A DNA stretch of 64,000 nt from Clostridia bacterium (GTDB taxonomy: Bacteria; Bacillota; Clostridia; TANB77; CAG-465), in assembly GCA_045534225.1 (NCBI GenBank), contig JAZSJJ010000008.1:843-64842 (forward strand), written 5' to 3'. The notes below the pieces were generated by a model. The model worked only from the letters and a program-made list of their open reading frames with translations, did not search any database and had not been told where the DNA came from. Below are positions 29,596 through 40,540 of this stretch, one piece after another; position 1 is the first letter of the stretch, and each line of letters starts with the position of its first letter. The translations under genes and the position numbers were made by a program.

Positions 29596-30027
29596 TTGTT
29601 ATTAGGTGAGTACAATCATACAATTGACGATAAATCAAGAGTTATAGTGCCAAGCAAGTTTAGAGACGACCTTGGTAGTACTTTCATAGTTACTAGAGGT
29701 TTTGATAAGTGCCTTTTCGCATTTTCTCTTGCAGAATGGCAAAACTTTGAAGCAGGACTTAGAGCTTTACCACTTTCAAATGAAAATGCTAGAAAATATG
29801 TTAGGTATTTTACAGCTGGTGCAACGGAGTGTCAAATAGACAAACAAGGAAGAGTGTTAATACCAAACAATCTTAGAGAGTATGCAGGTCTAAAAAAAGA
29901 ACTTGTAATTACAGGTGTATCTACTAGAGCGGAAATTTGGGACAAAGAAACTTGGGATAAATATACAAGTGATGAGAACATAGACCTAGATGAAATTGCT
30001 AGTCACATGTCAGAGTTTGGCATTTGA
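29596..30027 (+). CDS. mraZ: Transcriptional regulator MraZ (TTG start)
   Basis: 143 aa. N-terminus MLLGEYNHTIDDKSR is typical of MraZ. Two SpoVT/AbrB-like repeats. GGAGGAGG RBS. Confidence 0.9.
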   Translation: MLLGEYNHTIDDKSRVIVPSKFRDDLGSTFIVTRGFDKCLFAFSLAEWQNFEAGLRALPLSNENARKYVRYFTAGATECQIDKQGRVLIPNNLREYAGLKKELVITGVSTRAEIWDKETWDKYTSDENIDLDEIASHMSEFGI

Positions 30028-30237
30028 TATAGATAAACTAAAGAAAAAACATTTAATAAAAACTAATAAACTAAAGATAAAAGATTTAATAAACAAAAGC
30101 TATTAAAAAACAAAAGATTTACAAATAACTTATTCATACTTATGATAAGATTTACATCATTTACAAAGGAAAAACATTTAATAAACAAAAGATAAAATTT
30201 TTAAGATATTTAATTTAATTACGGAGTAAGATAAAAA

Positions 30238-31170
30238 GTGGAATTTAGTCATGTGTCAGTATTACTAGAAGAATGTATAGAATGTCTAAACGTAAAAAAG
30301 GGTGGAATTTATGTTGATGGAACTCTTGGTGGCGGTGGGCATTCTTCGTATGTCTTAAAACTACTAGATAATACAGGAAGACTAATTGGAATAGACAGAG
30401 ATTCTGATGCACTAACACATACTAAAGAAAGACTTAAAGAATATACAAATGTTACTTATGTTAAAGATAAACATGAGAATATAAAACAAATATTAGAAGA
30501 CTTAGAAGTACCTGGGGCAGATGGAATATTATTAGACCTGGGTGTTTCGTCATATCAGCTAGATGAAGCAAGTCGTGGATTTAGTTATATGCACGATGCA
30601 CCGTTAGATATGCGTATGAACAGAGACGATGAATTTACAGCATATCATGTAGTAAATAAATATTCAGAAGAAAAGCTTGCAGATATTTTCTTTTTATATG
30701 GTGAAGAAAAGTTCTCGAGACAAATAGCAAGAAAGATTGTTCAAGTAAGAGAAGCCAAACCAATAGAAACAACTTTAGAACTTGTAGATATAATAAAATC
30801 TGCATTACCAGCTAAAGCAAAAAATGAAAAACAACATCCTGCTAAAAGAGTTTTCCAAGCAATTCGTATAGAAGTAAACGGAGAACTTGTAGATTTAGAA
30901 AATGCAGTATGTGATGCAATAAAATGTTTGGTACCAGGTGGAAGACTTGCTATAATTACATTCCATTCTCTAGAGGATAGAATAGTAAAAAGAGCATATG
31001 AGAAGATGGAAGGTAGATGTACATGTCCACCAGATTTTCCAAAATGCATTTGCGGATATGTATCATACGGAAAGATACTAACAAAGAAACCTATAGTAGC
31101 GACTGAAGAAGAACTTGAAAACAACCCAAGATCTAGAAGTGCTAAACTTAGAGTTTTTGAAAGAAGATAA
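30238..31170 (+). CDS. rsmH: 16S rRNA (cytosine1402-N4)-methyltransferase RsmH (GTG start)
   Basis: 310 aa. SAM-binding region VDGTLGGGGHS and the conserved N-terminus xEFxHVSVLL. Confidence 0.95.
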   Translation: MEFSHVSVLLEECIECLNVKKGGIYVDGTLGGGGHSSYVLKLLDNTGRLIGIDRDSDALTHTKERLKEYTNVTYVKDKHENIKQILEDLEVPGADGILLDLGVSSYQLDEASRGFSYMHDAPLDMRMNRDDEFTAYHVVNKYSEEKLADIFFLYGEEKFSRQIARKIVQVREAKPIETTLELVDIIKSALPAKAKNEKQHPAKRVFQAIRIEVNGELVDLENAVCDAIKCLVPGGRLAIITFHSLEDRIVKRAYEKMEGRCTCPPDFPKCICGYVSYGKILTKKPIVATEEELENNPRSRSAKLRVFERR

Positions 31171-31223
31171 AATAATAAACAACTATTAAGTAATAAGATT
31201 ACAAAATTAACTTAAGAAAAGAG

Positions 31224-31724
31224 GTGAAATTAGTGATAGCAAACAGAGCTTATGCATATGATTTAGAAGTAGAGAAAAAAGAGGTAGAATATTTACCAAA
31301 TAAAAGAGACTTCAGATTAATAAAAAATACAGTTAAGAAGCTACAAACAGCTTCAAATATAAAAGCAAAGAAGAAATCAGAACTATCACTAGTTTTGTCA
31401 GTTGTAGCAATGTTTGCTATGTTCATCATCTTAAGTTATAGAACAAACATAATAAGTGAAAAGAATCTAGAATTGCAAAGACTTGCTATTAAAGCAGATA
31501 ATGCAAATGCAGTTCTTGCAACAACAGAAGTAAATGTAAGTAGGGTTATAGATAAAGACAAAGTTGAAACTTACGCAAAACAACAATTAGGAATGCAAAA
31601 ACCAGAAAAAAGTCAATTAGTATATATAAACTCTAATTATGAAACAAAAGTAGAAAGTATAAATGAAGGAAATATAATTAGTAAAGTAGTAGATAAGCTA
31701 AAAGATATAATAGGTATTAAATAA
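31224..31724 (+). CDS. ftsL: Cell division protein FtsL
   Basis: Single TM helix followed by a coiled coil. Sits between rsmH and the PBP gene. GTG starts are possible at 31224 or 31233. The second has better RBS spacing. Confidence 0.7.
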   Translation: MKLVIANRAYAYDLEVEKKEVEYLPNKRDFRLIKNTVKKLQTASNIKAKKKSELSLVLSVVAMFAMFIILSYRTNIISEKNLELQRLAIKADNANAVLATTEVNVSRVIDKDKVETYAKQQLGMQKPEKSQLVYINSNYETKVESINEGNIISKVVDKLKDIIGIK

Positions 31725-31790
31725 TCATAAGATAGCTAATGTAAAGTTATAGCTTACTTATGGTTGTTTTTCTTTAAAAGGAGGTGTGAT

Positions 31791-33971
31791 ATGGCGTTTG
31801 CAAAGAAAGCACACAAAACAAGAGCAATGGTGTTATTATGGGCATCAGTAATAGCATTTGTGTTATTAGCTATAAGAATGTTTTGGATACAAATTGTAAA
31901 GGGAGAATATTATTCAGAAAAAGCATATTTACAACAAACGAAAGATAGAGCTATTTCTGCGAGCCGTGGAACAATATACGATACAGCTGGAAATAAGCTA
32001 GCGCTTAGTGTTTCTACAAATACGCTATCTATAGCACCGACTAACATAGAAACAGAAGATAAAGAAAAACTTGCTAAAGATTTAGGCGAGATTTTAGAGA
32101 TGTCTTGGGATACAATTTTATCTAAAATAAACAAGACAGTTTCATTAGTTACAATAGCAACTAATATAGACAAGGAAACGGCAGAAGAGTTAACTAATTA
32201 CGTGTACGAAAACGAACTTAAAGGTGTATATGTAGATGAGTCTACAAGTAGAATATATCCTTATGGTGCAATGTTATCTCACGTGTTAGGATTTACAGGA
32301 ACAGATGACCAAGGACTATATGGTCTAGAATCATATTATGAAGAAGAACTAGCAGGTGAAGATGGAAGAATTGTTGGTAGTATAGATGGTGGCGGAAATG
32401 AAACGCCATTTGAAGAGGAAGAGTACATTGCGCCAACAAACGGAAGCGACATTACTCTTACAATAGATGCAACTATACAAGGTATAGTGGAAAAGAATTT
32501 AGAAAAAGCAGTAAAAGAAAACGTATCAGATAAAGGTGTATGTGTTGTAATGAGACCTTCAACTGGGGAAGTATTAGCTATGGCTACATATCCGGATTTT
32601 GATCCAAACGATCCGTTTACAATTAACGATTCAGCACTTGCAGCTAAGTGGGATACAATGTCTTCTAGTGAGAAGAATACTGCATTAAATAATATGTGGA
32701 GAAATACAGCTATATCTGATGCGTATGAACCTGGTTCTACATTTAAAGTTGTAACAGCTTCAGCAGCTTTAGAAGAGGATATAGTTTCAATAGATCAAGC
32801 TGGAGCTTTTAATTGCAACGGGTATGTAAGCATATCTGGCTGGAAAATAAGATGTTGGAGATATCCAAGAAAACACGGAGCTCAAACATTAAGACAGGCG
32901 ATTATGAATTCTTGTAACCCTAGTTTTATGCAAGCTGGCTTGAAAATAGGAAAAGAAAAATATACAGAATATTTAAGAGCATATAATTTATATGATAGAA
33001 CAGGAATAGATTTACCTGGTGAAACAACAGGTATAATACATGATCCAAAGACTATGACGGAATTAGACTTAGCAACAACATCATTTGGTCAAACAATATC
33101 TGTTACAACACTTCAAACAGCAGTTATATATTCTGCAATAGCAAATGGCGGGTATATTATGCAGCCATATGTTGTAAAAGAAGTACGTTCAGCAGATGGC
33201 ACATTGATTTCTGAAACAACACCTAAGATTAAGAAACAAGTTATTTCTGAATCTACCGCAAGTGATGTTTTATCTGCGTTATTTGATACGGTAGATAAAG
33301 GAACTGGTAAAGCTGCTAAGGTTAGCGGATATACAGTTGCTGGCAAAACAGGAACTGCCGAAGAAGGAAGAGGAAAGAACTTATGGTATATGGCGTCATT
33401 TGCAGGAATAGCACCAGTAAATGATCCGGAAGTGGTAGTAATCTTTAGTCTATATGATCCTAAAGGGCCAAGTGGACACCAAGGAGGAACAATATGTGCT
33501 CCGGTTGTAGGTAACATTATAGATGAAACATTAAGATATCTAGATGTAAATCCAAGTTATGCGGTAGAGGAAACTACAGTCAAAACAGTTGTAGTACCAG
33601 ACGTAACAGGAAAGACATATAAAGAGGCAAAAGAAGCTTTAGAAAAATTAGGATTAAACATAGCATCAGATAACACTATAGCATCAGATAAAATAATATT
33701 AGACCAAATACCAAAAGCAGGTGCTAATTTAATAGAAGACGGAACAGTAAGAGTATATAATTCTACTGATGCTAAAAAAGATACAACTACTGTACCAGAT
33801 GTAAGGGCTTTAAGTGTTAAGAAGGCAATATCTAAATTAAATAAAGCAGGCCTAAATATTAAAGTAGTTGGAAATGGCAACGCAATTATTCAAGACGCAA
33901 GTCCTGGAGATGTTGTTACAAAAGGTTCAATAATTACAGTTAAGTTTGTAGATACAACAGACTTACATTAA
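31791..33971 (+). CDS. Class B penicillin-binding protein with two C-terminal PASTA domains (SpoVD/PBP2B-like)
   Basis: Transpeptidase motifs STFK, SCN and KTGT. Two PASTA repeats (VPDVTGK..., VPDVRAL...). AGGAGG RBS before the ATG at 31791. Confidence 0.9.
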   Translation: MAFAKKAHKTRAMVLLWASVIAFVLLAIRMFWIQIVKGEYYSEKAYLQQTKDRAISASRGTIYDTAGNKLALSVSTNTLSIAPTNIETEDKEKLAKDLGEILEMSWDTILSKINKTVSLVTIATNIDKETAEELTNYVYENELKGVYVDESTSRIYPYGAMLSHVLGFTGTDDQGLYGLESYYEEELAGEDGRIVGSIDGGGNETPFEEEEYIAPTNGSDITLTIDATIQGIVEKNLEKAVKENVSDKGVCVVMRPSTGEVLAMATYPDFDPNDPFTINDSALAAKWDTMSSSEKNTALNNMWRNTAISDAYEPGSTFKVVTASAALEEDIVSIDQAGAFNCNGYVSISGWKIRCWRYPRKHGAQTLRQAIMNSCNPSFMQAGLKIGKEKYTEYLRAYNLYDRTGIDLPGETTGIIHDPKTMTELDLATTSFGQTISVTTLQTAVIYSAIANGGYIMQPYVVKEVRSADGTLISETTPKIKKQVISESTASDVLSALFDTVDKGTGKAAKVSGYTVAGKTGTAEEGRGKNLWYMASFAGIAPVNDPEVVVIFSLYDPKGPSGHQGGTICAPVVGNIIDETLRYLDVNPSYAVEETTVKTVVVPDVTGKTYKEAKEALEKLGLNIASDNTIASDKIILDQIPKAGANLIEDGTVRVYNSTDAKKDTTTVPDVRALSVKKAISKLNKAGLNIKVVGNGNAIIQDASPGDVVTKGSIITVKFVDTTDLH

Positions 33972-34050
33972 AAGCATATTATTTTGTAATATGACTTAAA
34001 ATTTGTATGAAAGTGTGGTATAATTACTACGCATATTAGGAGGGATAATA

Positions 34051-35523
34051 ATGTTATTACAATATCTAGTAGAAGAGTTAGATAAAAAAACTAAAGGCGA
34101 TTTGAATATAAATATAAATAAAATAGAATATAGTTCAGAAAAGATAGGACTAGGTGACTTGTTTGTCGCTATAAAAGGCTTTGAAACAGATGGCCATGAT
34201 TATATAGTAGATGCAGTAGCAAACGGTGCTGTAGCGGTAATAATAGATGAAGAATATATGGATAAGGTAAATGTAAACGTACCCGTTATAGCTGTTCCTA
34301 ATTCTAGAATAGCTTTAGCAGAAGTAGCAGCTAAGTTTTATGATTATCCAGCAAGTAAACTAAAAGTAATAGGAATAACAGGAACAAAAGGTAAAACAAC
34401 AACTGCATATATGGTAAGAGATATTATGCTAGCAGCTAAAAAGAAAATTGGTATGATAGGCACAATATATAACACTTATGCAGACAAAGTTATAGAAGCA
34501 GTTAGAACTACGCCAGAATCTTTAGATATACAAAAGTTATTAAAAGATATGGTAGATAGTGGTATGGAATATGCTGTAATGGAAGTTTCATCCCATGCAC
34601 TAGAACTTCATAGAGTACACGGTATTAAATTTGAAATAGGAATATTTACAAATCTAGGACGTGAACATTTAGATTTCCATGGGGATATGGATAACTATCT
34701 TAAAGCAAAAGCAAAGCTGTTTGAACAAAGTATATTTGGAATAATTAATGTAGACGATATATATGCTCCAAAGTTGCTTAAACATGTAACTTGCAAATAT
34801 GCAAAATACGGTTTAGATAACGAAGCTAACGTATCTGCTACAGACATTAGAATAAATAACAATTATGTAGATTTCAAAATGTACATAAACAAACAATTAC
34901 AAACAATTACTGTCCCTATACCAGGAAAATACACAGTATATAATGCAGTGGCGGCAGTAGCAGCTTGTAGTATGCTGGGAGCCCAAATGCAAGATGTATT
35001 AGTAGGCCTTTCAACAGTTAAAGTTCCAGGTAGAAGTGAAATAGTAGATATAAACAAAACATTTGCGGTATTAATAGATTATGCACACAATCCATCAAGT
35101 TTAGAAGCTATTCTTGTAAATACTAAAAAATATATTAAGGGAAGAGTAATTTTAGTATTTGGATGTGGTGGTAATAGAGATAAAGAGAAACGCGCAGAAA
35201 TGGGTAAACTGGCAGGAACATACGCGGACTTTACTATAGTTACAACAGATAATCCAAGAGATGAGAAGCCAGAAAATATAATTAAAGAGATAGAAGCAGG
35301 AATTAAACAAACAAGAGGATTGTTCAAGGTAATACCAAATAGAAAAGATGCAATAGAGTTTGCGATGAGAATTGCTTGGGCTAACGATACGGTAATACTT
35401 GCAGGTAAAGGACATGAAACATATCAAGAGTTGGCTAAGGGTAAAAAGATACATTTTGACGAAAGAGAAATCGTTAAAAAGGCAGCAGAAAAGATGCCTG
35501 GTAAAAACGAAGTAAAATATTAA
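34051..35523 (+). CDS. murE: UDP-N-acetylmuramoyl-L-alanyl-D-glutamate--2,6-diaminopimelate ligase
   Basis: 490 aa. Mur ligase P-loop GITGTKGKTTT and a DNPR motif region. Confidence 0.9.
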   Translation: MLLQYLVEELDKKTKGDLNININKIEYSSEKIGLGDLFVAIKGFETDGHDYIVDAVANGAVAVIIDEEYMDKVNVNVPVIAVPNSRIALAEVAAKFYDYPASKLKVIGITGTKGKTTTAYMVRDIMLAAKKKIGMIGTIYNTYADKVIEAVRTTPESLDIQKLLKDMVDSGMEYAVMEVSSHALELHRVHGIKFEIGIFTNLGREHLDFHGDMDNYLKAKAKLFEQSIFGIINVDDIYAPKLLKHVTCKYAKYGLDNEANVSATDIRINNNYVDFKMYINKQLQTITVPIPGKYTVYNAVAAVAACSMLGAQMQDVLVGLSTVKVPGRSEIVDINKTFAVLIDYAHNPSSLEAILVNTKKYIKGRVILVFGCGGNRDKEKRAEMGKLAGTYADFTIVTTDNPRDEKPENIIKEIEAGIKQTRGLFKVIPNRKDAIEFAMRIAWANDTVILAGKGHETYQELAKGKKIHFDEREIVKKAAEKMPGKNEVKY

Positions 35524-35547
35524 TAAGAGACATTTGGAGGAAGAATT

Positions 35548-36498
35548 ATGAATATACCATTAATATTACTTTTATCAGGTGGAATTTCATTTGCCATAAC
35601 GGTAATTTTAAGTTTAGTAATAATACCTTATTTAAGAAAACTTAAAATAGGGCAAGTGGTTCGTTCTGATGGACCAGAAGAACATTTGAAAAAGACAGGT
35701 ACACCTACTATGGGTGGAATAATGATGCTAATTGCAATAATAGGAATACTTGCTATTTTTGCGTTTAAGTATCCAGTACTTATACTTCCAATTATACTAA
35801 TATTAGGCTATGGAATAGTTGGATTTATAGACGATAGAAAGAAACTAGTAGAAAAAAGTAGCGATGGAATAAGCGCTAAAATGAAGATGATACTTCTATT
35901 TGTATTCTCAGTAGCATTTCTTGTATTATACATGGTATTTTGCGATTGGGGTACAGGAACTAATATACCTTTCTTAGACTGGGCAGGAGTATTTGTAGTG
36001 TTTACTATGCTAGTAATGCTTGGAACAAGTAATGCAATAAACTTAACAGACGGTCTAGATGGTTTAGCATCAGGTGTAAGTGCAATAATTATGACATTCT
36101 TTACAGCAGTAGCAATAAAAAGAGGAGATACGGCTATGGTAGTTCTTGGAGCTACAACAGTAGGAGCAACATTAGGCTTTTTAATATTTAATGTGAAACC
36201 AGCAAAGGTGTTTATGGGAGATACAGGCTCTCTTGCATTAGGTGCATCAATAGCAGCTATTGCAATACTTATGAAAATGCCAATGTATCTATTAATTGTA
36301 GCACTGATACCAGTAGTAGAAACATTATCTTCAGCACTTCAAGTAATATATTTCAAAGCTACAAAAGGTAAAAGATTATTTAAGATGGCTCCGCTACATC
36401 ATCATTTAGAATTAAGCGGATTAAAAGAAACAACAATAGTAATCTTGTTTTGGGGAATAACAGCAGTATTATCTTTAATGGGATTTATATTAGTATAG
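35548..36498 (+). CDS. mraY: Phospho-N-acetylmuramoyl-pentapeptide transferase
   Basis: 316 aa, multi-TM. Conserved NLTDGLDGLA and MGDTGSLALG motifs. Confidence 0.95.
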   Translation: MNIPLILLLSGGISFAITVILSLVIIPYLRKLKIGQVVRSDGPEEHLKKTGTPTMGGIMMLIAIIGILAIFAFKYPVLILPIILILGYGIVGFIDDRKKLVEKSSDGISAKMKMILLFVFSVAFLVLYMVFCDWGTGTNIPFLDWAGVFVVFTMLVMLGTSNAINLTDGLDGLASGVSAIIMTFFTAVAIKRGDTAMVVLGATTVGATLGFLIFNVKPAKVFMGDTGSLALGASIAAIAILMKMPMYLLIVALIPVVETLSSALQVIYFKATKGKRLFKMAPLHHHLELSGLKETTIVILFWGITAVLSLMGFILV

Positions 36499-36516
36499 AA
36501 TAATAGGAGGAAGAGC

Positions 36517-37641
36517 ATGGCTAAAATTGTAGAAAAATTAAAAGCGCTTAAAGACTGGAAATTAGTAGATTTCCCGTTCCTTTTCACGCTTTTAGTTCTT
36601 CTTGCAATTGGTCTTATTGCTCTTTCTTCTGCTAGTTCATACTATGCCTTAACAGAAACTGGAGATAGCATGTACTACTTAAAAAGACAACTTGGGTTTG
36701 CTGCTTTTGGTTTAGCTGTTATGGTGTTTGTAATGACATGGGAAAAGAAAAATTACAAAAGATTTAGCTATCTAGCTTTCATAATAGCAGGTATATTTAT
36801 GGTCCTTGTAGAAGTACCGGGGCTAGGCGTTACGGTAAAAGGTGCTAAACGTTGGCTAAATCTAGGCTTTACTTTCCAACCATCTGAAGTATTAAAGTTA
36901 GGATTAATAATGGCATTAGCTAGATATATTTCAGAAAACCAAAAGAAAATGAAAAGCTTTAAGGGCTATATAGTTCCTTTAGGAATGCTGGCAGGTGCAA
37001 TAATTTTCACATATTTGCAATCTCACATGAGTGCTATGATTGTTATGTGTGTAATATTTGGTATAGTGATGCTATGTAGTGGCTTTAAGATTAATTGGAA
37101 AATAGTTGGACCTCTACTTGTAATAGGTATAATTGGAGTTGGGGCGTTCTTCTTAACAGAAGATTATAGAAGGGAAAGAATATTCTCGTATTTAAATCCA
37201 GATGTAGATATTACAGGCAGCAACTGGCAACCAACGCAAAGTCTTTATGCAATAGGTTCAGGTGGGCTTTTTGGTAAAGGATTAGGCCAAAGTAGACAAA
37301 AATATTTATGGCTTCCAGAGGCGCAAAACGACTTTGTATTTTCTGTATATGCAGAGGAATTTGGGTTTGTAGGATCACTTGTAGTAATTATACTTTTTAT
37401 AACATTAATATATAGAGGAGTGTCAATAGGATTAAATTCTAAAGATATGTATGGAATGCTTGTGACGCTCGGCATAATTGGAATGTTTGCATTCCAGATA
37501 ATAATAAATATAGCGGTTGTAACAAAAACAATGCCAACAACTGGTATGCCGCTTCCATTCTTTAGCTCAGGTGGTACATCACTTGTAATAAACTTAATAG
37601 CAATGGGAATAGTACTTGGAATATCTAAGGAAAATAAATAA
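36517..37641 (+). CDS. SEDS family lipid II flippase/peptidoglycan polymerase FtsW/SpoVE
   Basis: 374 aa with 10 TM segments. Conserved PEAQNDFVFSV and GGTS motifs. Position in the dcw cluster. Confidence 0.9.
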   Translation: MAKIVEKLKALKDWKLVDFPFLFTLLVLLAIGLIALSSASSYYALTETGDSMYYLKRQLGFAAFGLAVMVFVMTWEKKNYKRFSYLAFIIAGIFMVLVEVPGLGVTVKGAKRWLNLGFTFQPSEVLKLGLIMALARYISENQKKMKSFKGYIVPLGMLAGAIIFTYLQSHMSAMIVMCVIFGIVMLCSGFKINWKIVGPLLVIGIIGVGAFFLTEDYRRERIFSYLNPDVDITGSNWQPTQSLYAIGSGGLFGKGLGQSRQKYLWLPEAQNDFVFSVYAEEFGFVGSLVVIILFITLIYRGVSIGLNSKDMYGMLVTLGIIGMFAFQIIINIAVVTKTMPTTGMPLPFFSSGGTSLVINLIAMGIVLGISKENK

Positions 37642-37655
37642 GGTTAGGTGAAAAA

Positions 37656-38768
37656 ATGAGAGCAATAATAGCATGCGCAGGCAGCGGAGGACACATTAAT
37701 CCGGGTATAGCGATAGCAAACGAAATACTAAAGAGAGAACCAGATAGTAAAATAATATTCGTAGGTACAAAAACAGGCATGGAAAATGATCTTGTGAAAA
37801 AAGCAGGATTTGAGCTTGCACATATACGTGCAGGACGATTCCATAGAAGACTTACTTGGTATAATGTAAGAAATATGGCAAATGCTTTTTTAGGAATATT
37901 TGATGCAGAAAAGCTTGTAAAGAAATTTAAACCGGATGTAGTTATCGGTACGGGTGGATTTATATGCGTTCCAATGATGAAAGCTGCCAAGAAAAAACAT
38001 ATACCTTATGTACTACATGAAAGTAACGCTTTCCCAGGACTATCTGTAAAATTGGTTGCAAAAGATGCAGCTAAAATATTACTTGGATTTGAAGATACTA
38101 AACAAAGATTAGATGAAAAAGTAAATTCTGTATATACAGGAACACCAGCTAAATTTGATATGAATCATATGATGAATTTAGATAAAGAAGTTTGTAAAAA
38201 AGAATTGGGATTAGATAAGGAAACTATCGGAGATAGAAAAGTAATATTTGTAACAGGTGGAAGCCAAGGCGCAAAGAGATTTAATGAAGTAATTATTAAT
38301 ATGGTAAGACAATATAAACCAAAAGATTTATACTTTGTAATTGCTGTGGGTAAGGATAATTATGATGTGGCAGTAGGAATGTTAAAAGAAGAAGATAGTG
38401 AGTATATTAAAATTGAAAAGTTTGTATACGAAATGGATAAGATGTATAAAGCATCGGATTTATTAATTACTCGTGCAGGAGCGTTAACAATAACAGAATT
38501 AAGTATAGTAAGAAGACCAGCAATACTTGTACCGCTTCCAACAGCAGCCGAGAACCATCAGTTCTTTAATGCTAAAGCGATGGAAAATGCTGGAGCGGGA
38601 ATATTAATAGAAGAGAATGTATTGAACGAAACCGTTTTATATGATAAAATTAAAGATGTAATATATGATAATGGTTTACTTGAAACAATGGGAGAAAATG
38701 CAGCTAAGTTATATAAACCAGATGTAGAAGGTAAAATTTATCAAGAAATAAAAGAAATTGTAGGCTAG
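37656..38768 (+). CDS. murG: UDP-GlcNAc--undecaprenyl-PP-MurNAc-pentapeptide GlcNAc transferase
   Basis: 370 aa. N-terminal GGSGGHINPG and a C-terminal GT-B domain. Confidence 0.9.
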   Translation: MRAIIACAGSGGHINPGIAIANEILKREPDSKIIFVGTKTGMENDLVKKAGFELAHIRAGRFHRRLTWYNVRNMANAFLGIFDAEKLVKKFKPDVVIGTGGFICVPMMKAAKKKHIPYVLHESNAFPGLSVKLVAKDAAKILLGFEDTKQRLDEKVNSVYTGTPAKFDMNHMMNLDKEVCKKELGLDKETIGDRKVIFVTGGSQGAKRFNEVIINMVRQYKPKDLYFVIAVGKDNYDVAVGMLKEEDSEYIKIEKFVYEMDKMYKASDLLITRAGALTITELSIVRRPAILVPLPTAAENHQFFNAKAMENAGAGILIEENVLNETVLYDKIKDVIYDNGLLETMGENAAKLYKPDVEGKIYQEIKEIVG

Positions 38769-38776
38769 GAGAAAAC

Positions 38777-39604
38777 GTGGGAAGAAAAGATAATAGAACG
38801 GAATCAGTTGAAAATGTAAAAAAAGTAAATAAAACCGTTTCTAAAAAGAACAAAGGAAAGCTTAAAAGAAAAATATTAAGAGGACTAGTTTATCTAGTGC
38901 TTATAATATTTGCGCTTTCTTTGTTCTTTTTGTTAGCGTTGGGTGTGTACAAGTTATTTACAGCAAGTAGATACAATATCGGTGGAGTTAACGTAGAAGG
39001 AAATGTTAAATATACTGTAGAAGAAATTAAGGAGCTAGCTGGTATTGAAATAGGTACAAATATTAACAAACTTAAAACAGGAAAAATTGAAAAGAAGATA
39101 GAAGAATTACCTTATGTACGAGATGCTAAAGTGATGCGTAAGTATCCTGAAACAGTAATAATAAAAATAGAAGAATACATGTCTAGTTTTGTTGCACTTA
39201 ATAAGGAAACGAATGAATATATTAGACTTACAGATAAAGGTGTAATATTGGAAAAATGCAATTTGGAAGATGTTACAGAAACTGAACTGTTGTTATTCGG
39301 AATACATTTTGATGATAAACTAGGAGAAAAAATAGTTGAACTAGAGCAAAAGAAATTACAAACACTTATAGATATGATGAAAAAATATTCTGAAGAAAAC
39401 ATACCTAAAAATATAACAAGTGTAGAATTTAATGAAGGAGATATTATCCTAACATTGGATTACGATATAGATGTAATAATGGATACGAATGAAGTAGAGT
39501 ACAAGCTTAATCTTTTAAGTAACATATTAGATGAAATAAACGGCAAAGTTGGAACAATAGATATGACAATAGAGAATCCAATATTTGCTGAAAGTATTAA
39601 ATAG
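38777..39604 (+). CDS. Cell division protein FtsQ/DivIB
   Basis: 275 aa. N-terminal basic region plus TM helix, then a POTRA-like region. Downstream of murG. Confidence 0.75.
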   Translation: MGRKDNRTESVENVKKVNKTVSKKNKGKLKRKILRGLVYLVLIIFALSLFFLLALGVYKLFTASRYNIGGVNVEGNVKYTVEEIKELAGIEIGTNINKLKTGKIEKKIEELPYVRDAKVMRKYPETVIIKIEEYMSSFVALNKETNEYIRLTDKGVILEKCNLEDVTETELLLFGIHFDDKLGEKIVELEQKKLQTLIDMMKKYSEENIPKNITSVEFNEGDIILTLDYDIDVIMDTNEVEYKLNLLSNILDEINGKVGTIDMTIENPIFAESIK

Positions 39605-39613
39605 GAGGAAGAA

Positions 39614-40531
39614 ATGAAGGAAAATAATGCAAAACCTGTAGTAAAAGAAAAGAAAGCTACTATAGATATAACAAAAAAAGAGCCGATAGACAAAGTTAAA
39701 AAAATTGCAAAGGAAAACGCTACAGTTGTTATGGGAAAGGCGGTAGAAAGTTCTAAAGACTCTGTGTCAAAAAAATCAAAAGAGTTAAAAAAAGAGAAGA
39801 TGGAGAGAACAAGAGAGTTGATGAAAAAATACAACATCACTTCTGTTGTTATGATTTCTTTAGTACTATTCATTTGTTCCTTCATAATTGCAGCCCAACT
39901 TAATACTGTTGGAAATACAGATATAGTAACACAAGGCTTAAGAGAAGCAGAACTTTTAACAGAGCTTCAAAAAGCAAACAATAAATACGAAGAATTAAAA
40001 GAAGAGTATGAAAAAAGCCAAATAATAGTTGACGAGTATAGAGCGGATGCTTCAAGTAACGACCTTTTAATATCTTCAATGACGACTTTGCTTGAAAGAG
40101 CAGAAATTCTAGCGGGACTTGTAAAAGTAAAAGGACAAGGGGTAGTAATAACGCTTGCAGATAGCACAGATACAAACATACCAGTTGAAGCCGGCCTTGT
40201 TCATGATACTGACCTTATGGCTATTGTAAATGAATTGAGAGCAGCTGGGGCGGAAGCAATAAGTGTTAATGGCCAAAGAATAATTTCTACAACAGCAATA
40301 AGATGTGTGGGACCAACAATACAAATTAATGAAGTTAAAGTCGCTTCACCTTTCTACATAAAAGCAATTGGTGATGCTAAATATTTAGAAAGCGCATTAA
40401 ATATAAAAAATGGTATAGTAGATAATTTCAAGGTATATGGAATAAATGTGGAAGTAAAAACAGATAACAATATAACGATAGATAAATACGATAACACTTT
40501 AACATTAAAATATGCTAGCGAAGTAAAGTAG
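39614..40531 (+). CDS. DUF881 (YlxW/YlxX-like) division-associated protein
   Basis: 305 aa. TM helix, coiled coil, and a conserved DUF881 C-terminal region. Position after ftsQ, as in Bacillus ylxW/ylxX. Confidence 0.65.
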   Translation: MKENNAKPVVKEKKATIDITKKEPIDKVKKIAKENATVVMGKAVESSKDSVSKKSKELKKEKMERTRELMKKYNITSVVMISLVLFICSFIIAAQLNTVGNTDIVTQGLREAELLTELQKANNKYEELKEEYEKSQIIVDEYRADASSNDLLISSMTTLLERAEILAGLVKVKGQGVVITLADSTDTNIPVEAGLVHDTDLMAIVNELRAAGAEAISVNGQRIISTTAIRCVGPTIQINEVKVASPFYIKAIGDAKYLESALNIKNGIVDNFKVYGINVEVKTDNNITIDKYDNTLTLKYASEVK

Positions 40532-40540
40532 GAGGTAAAT

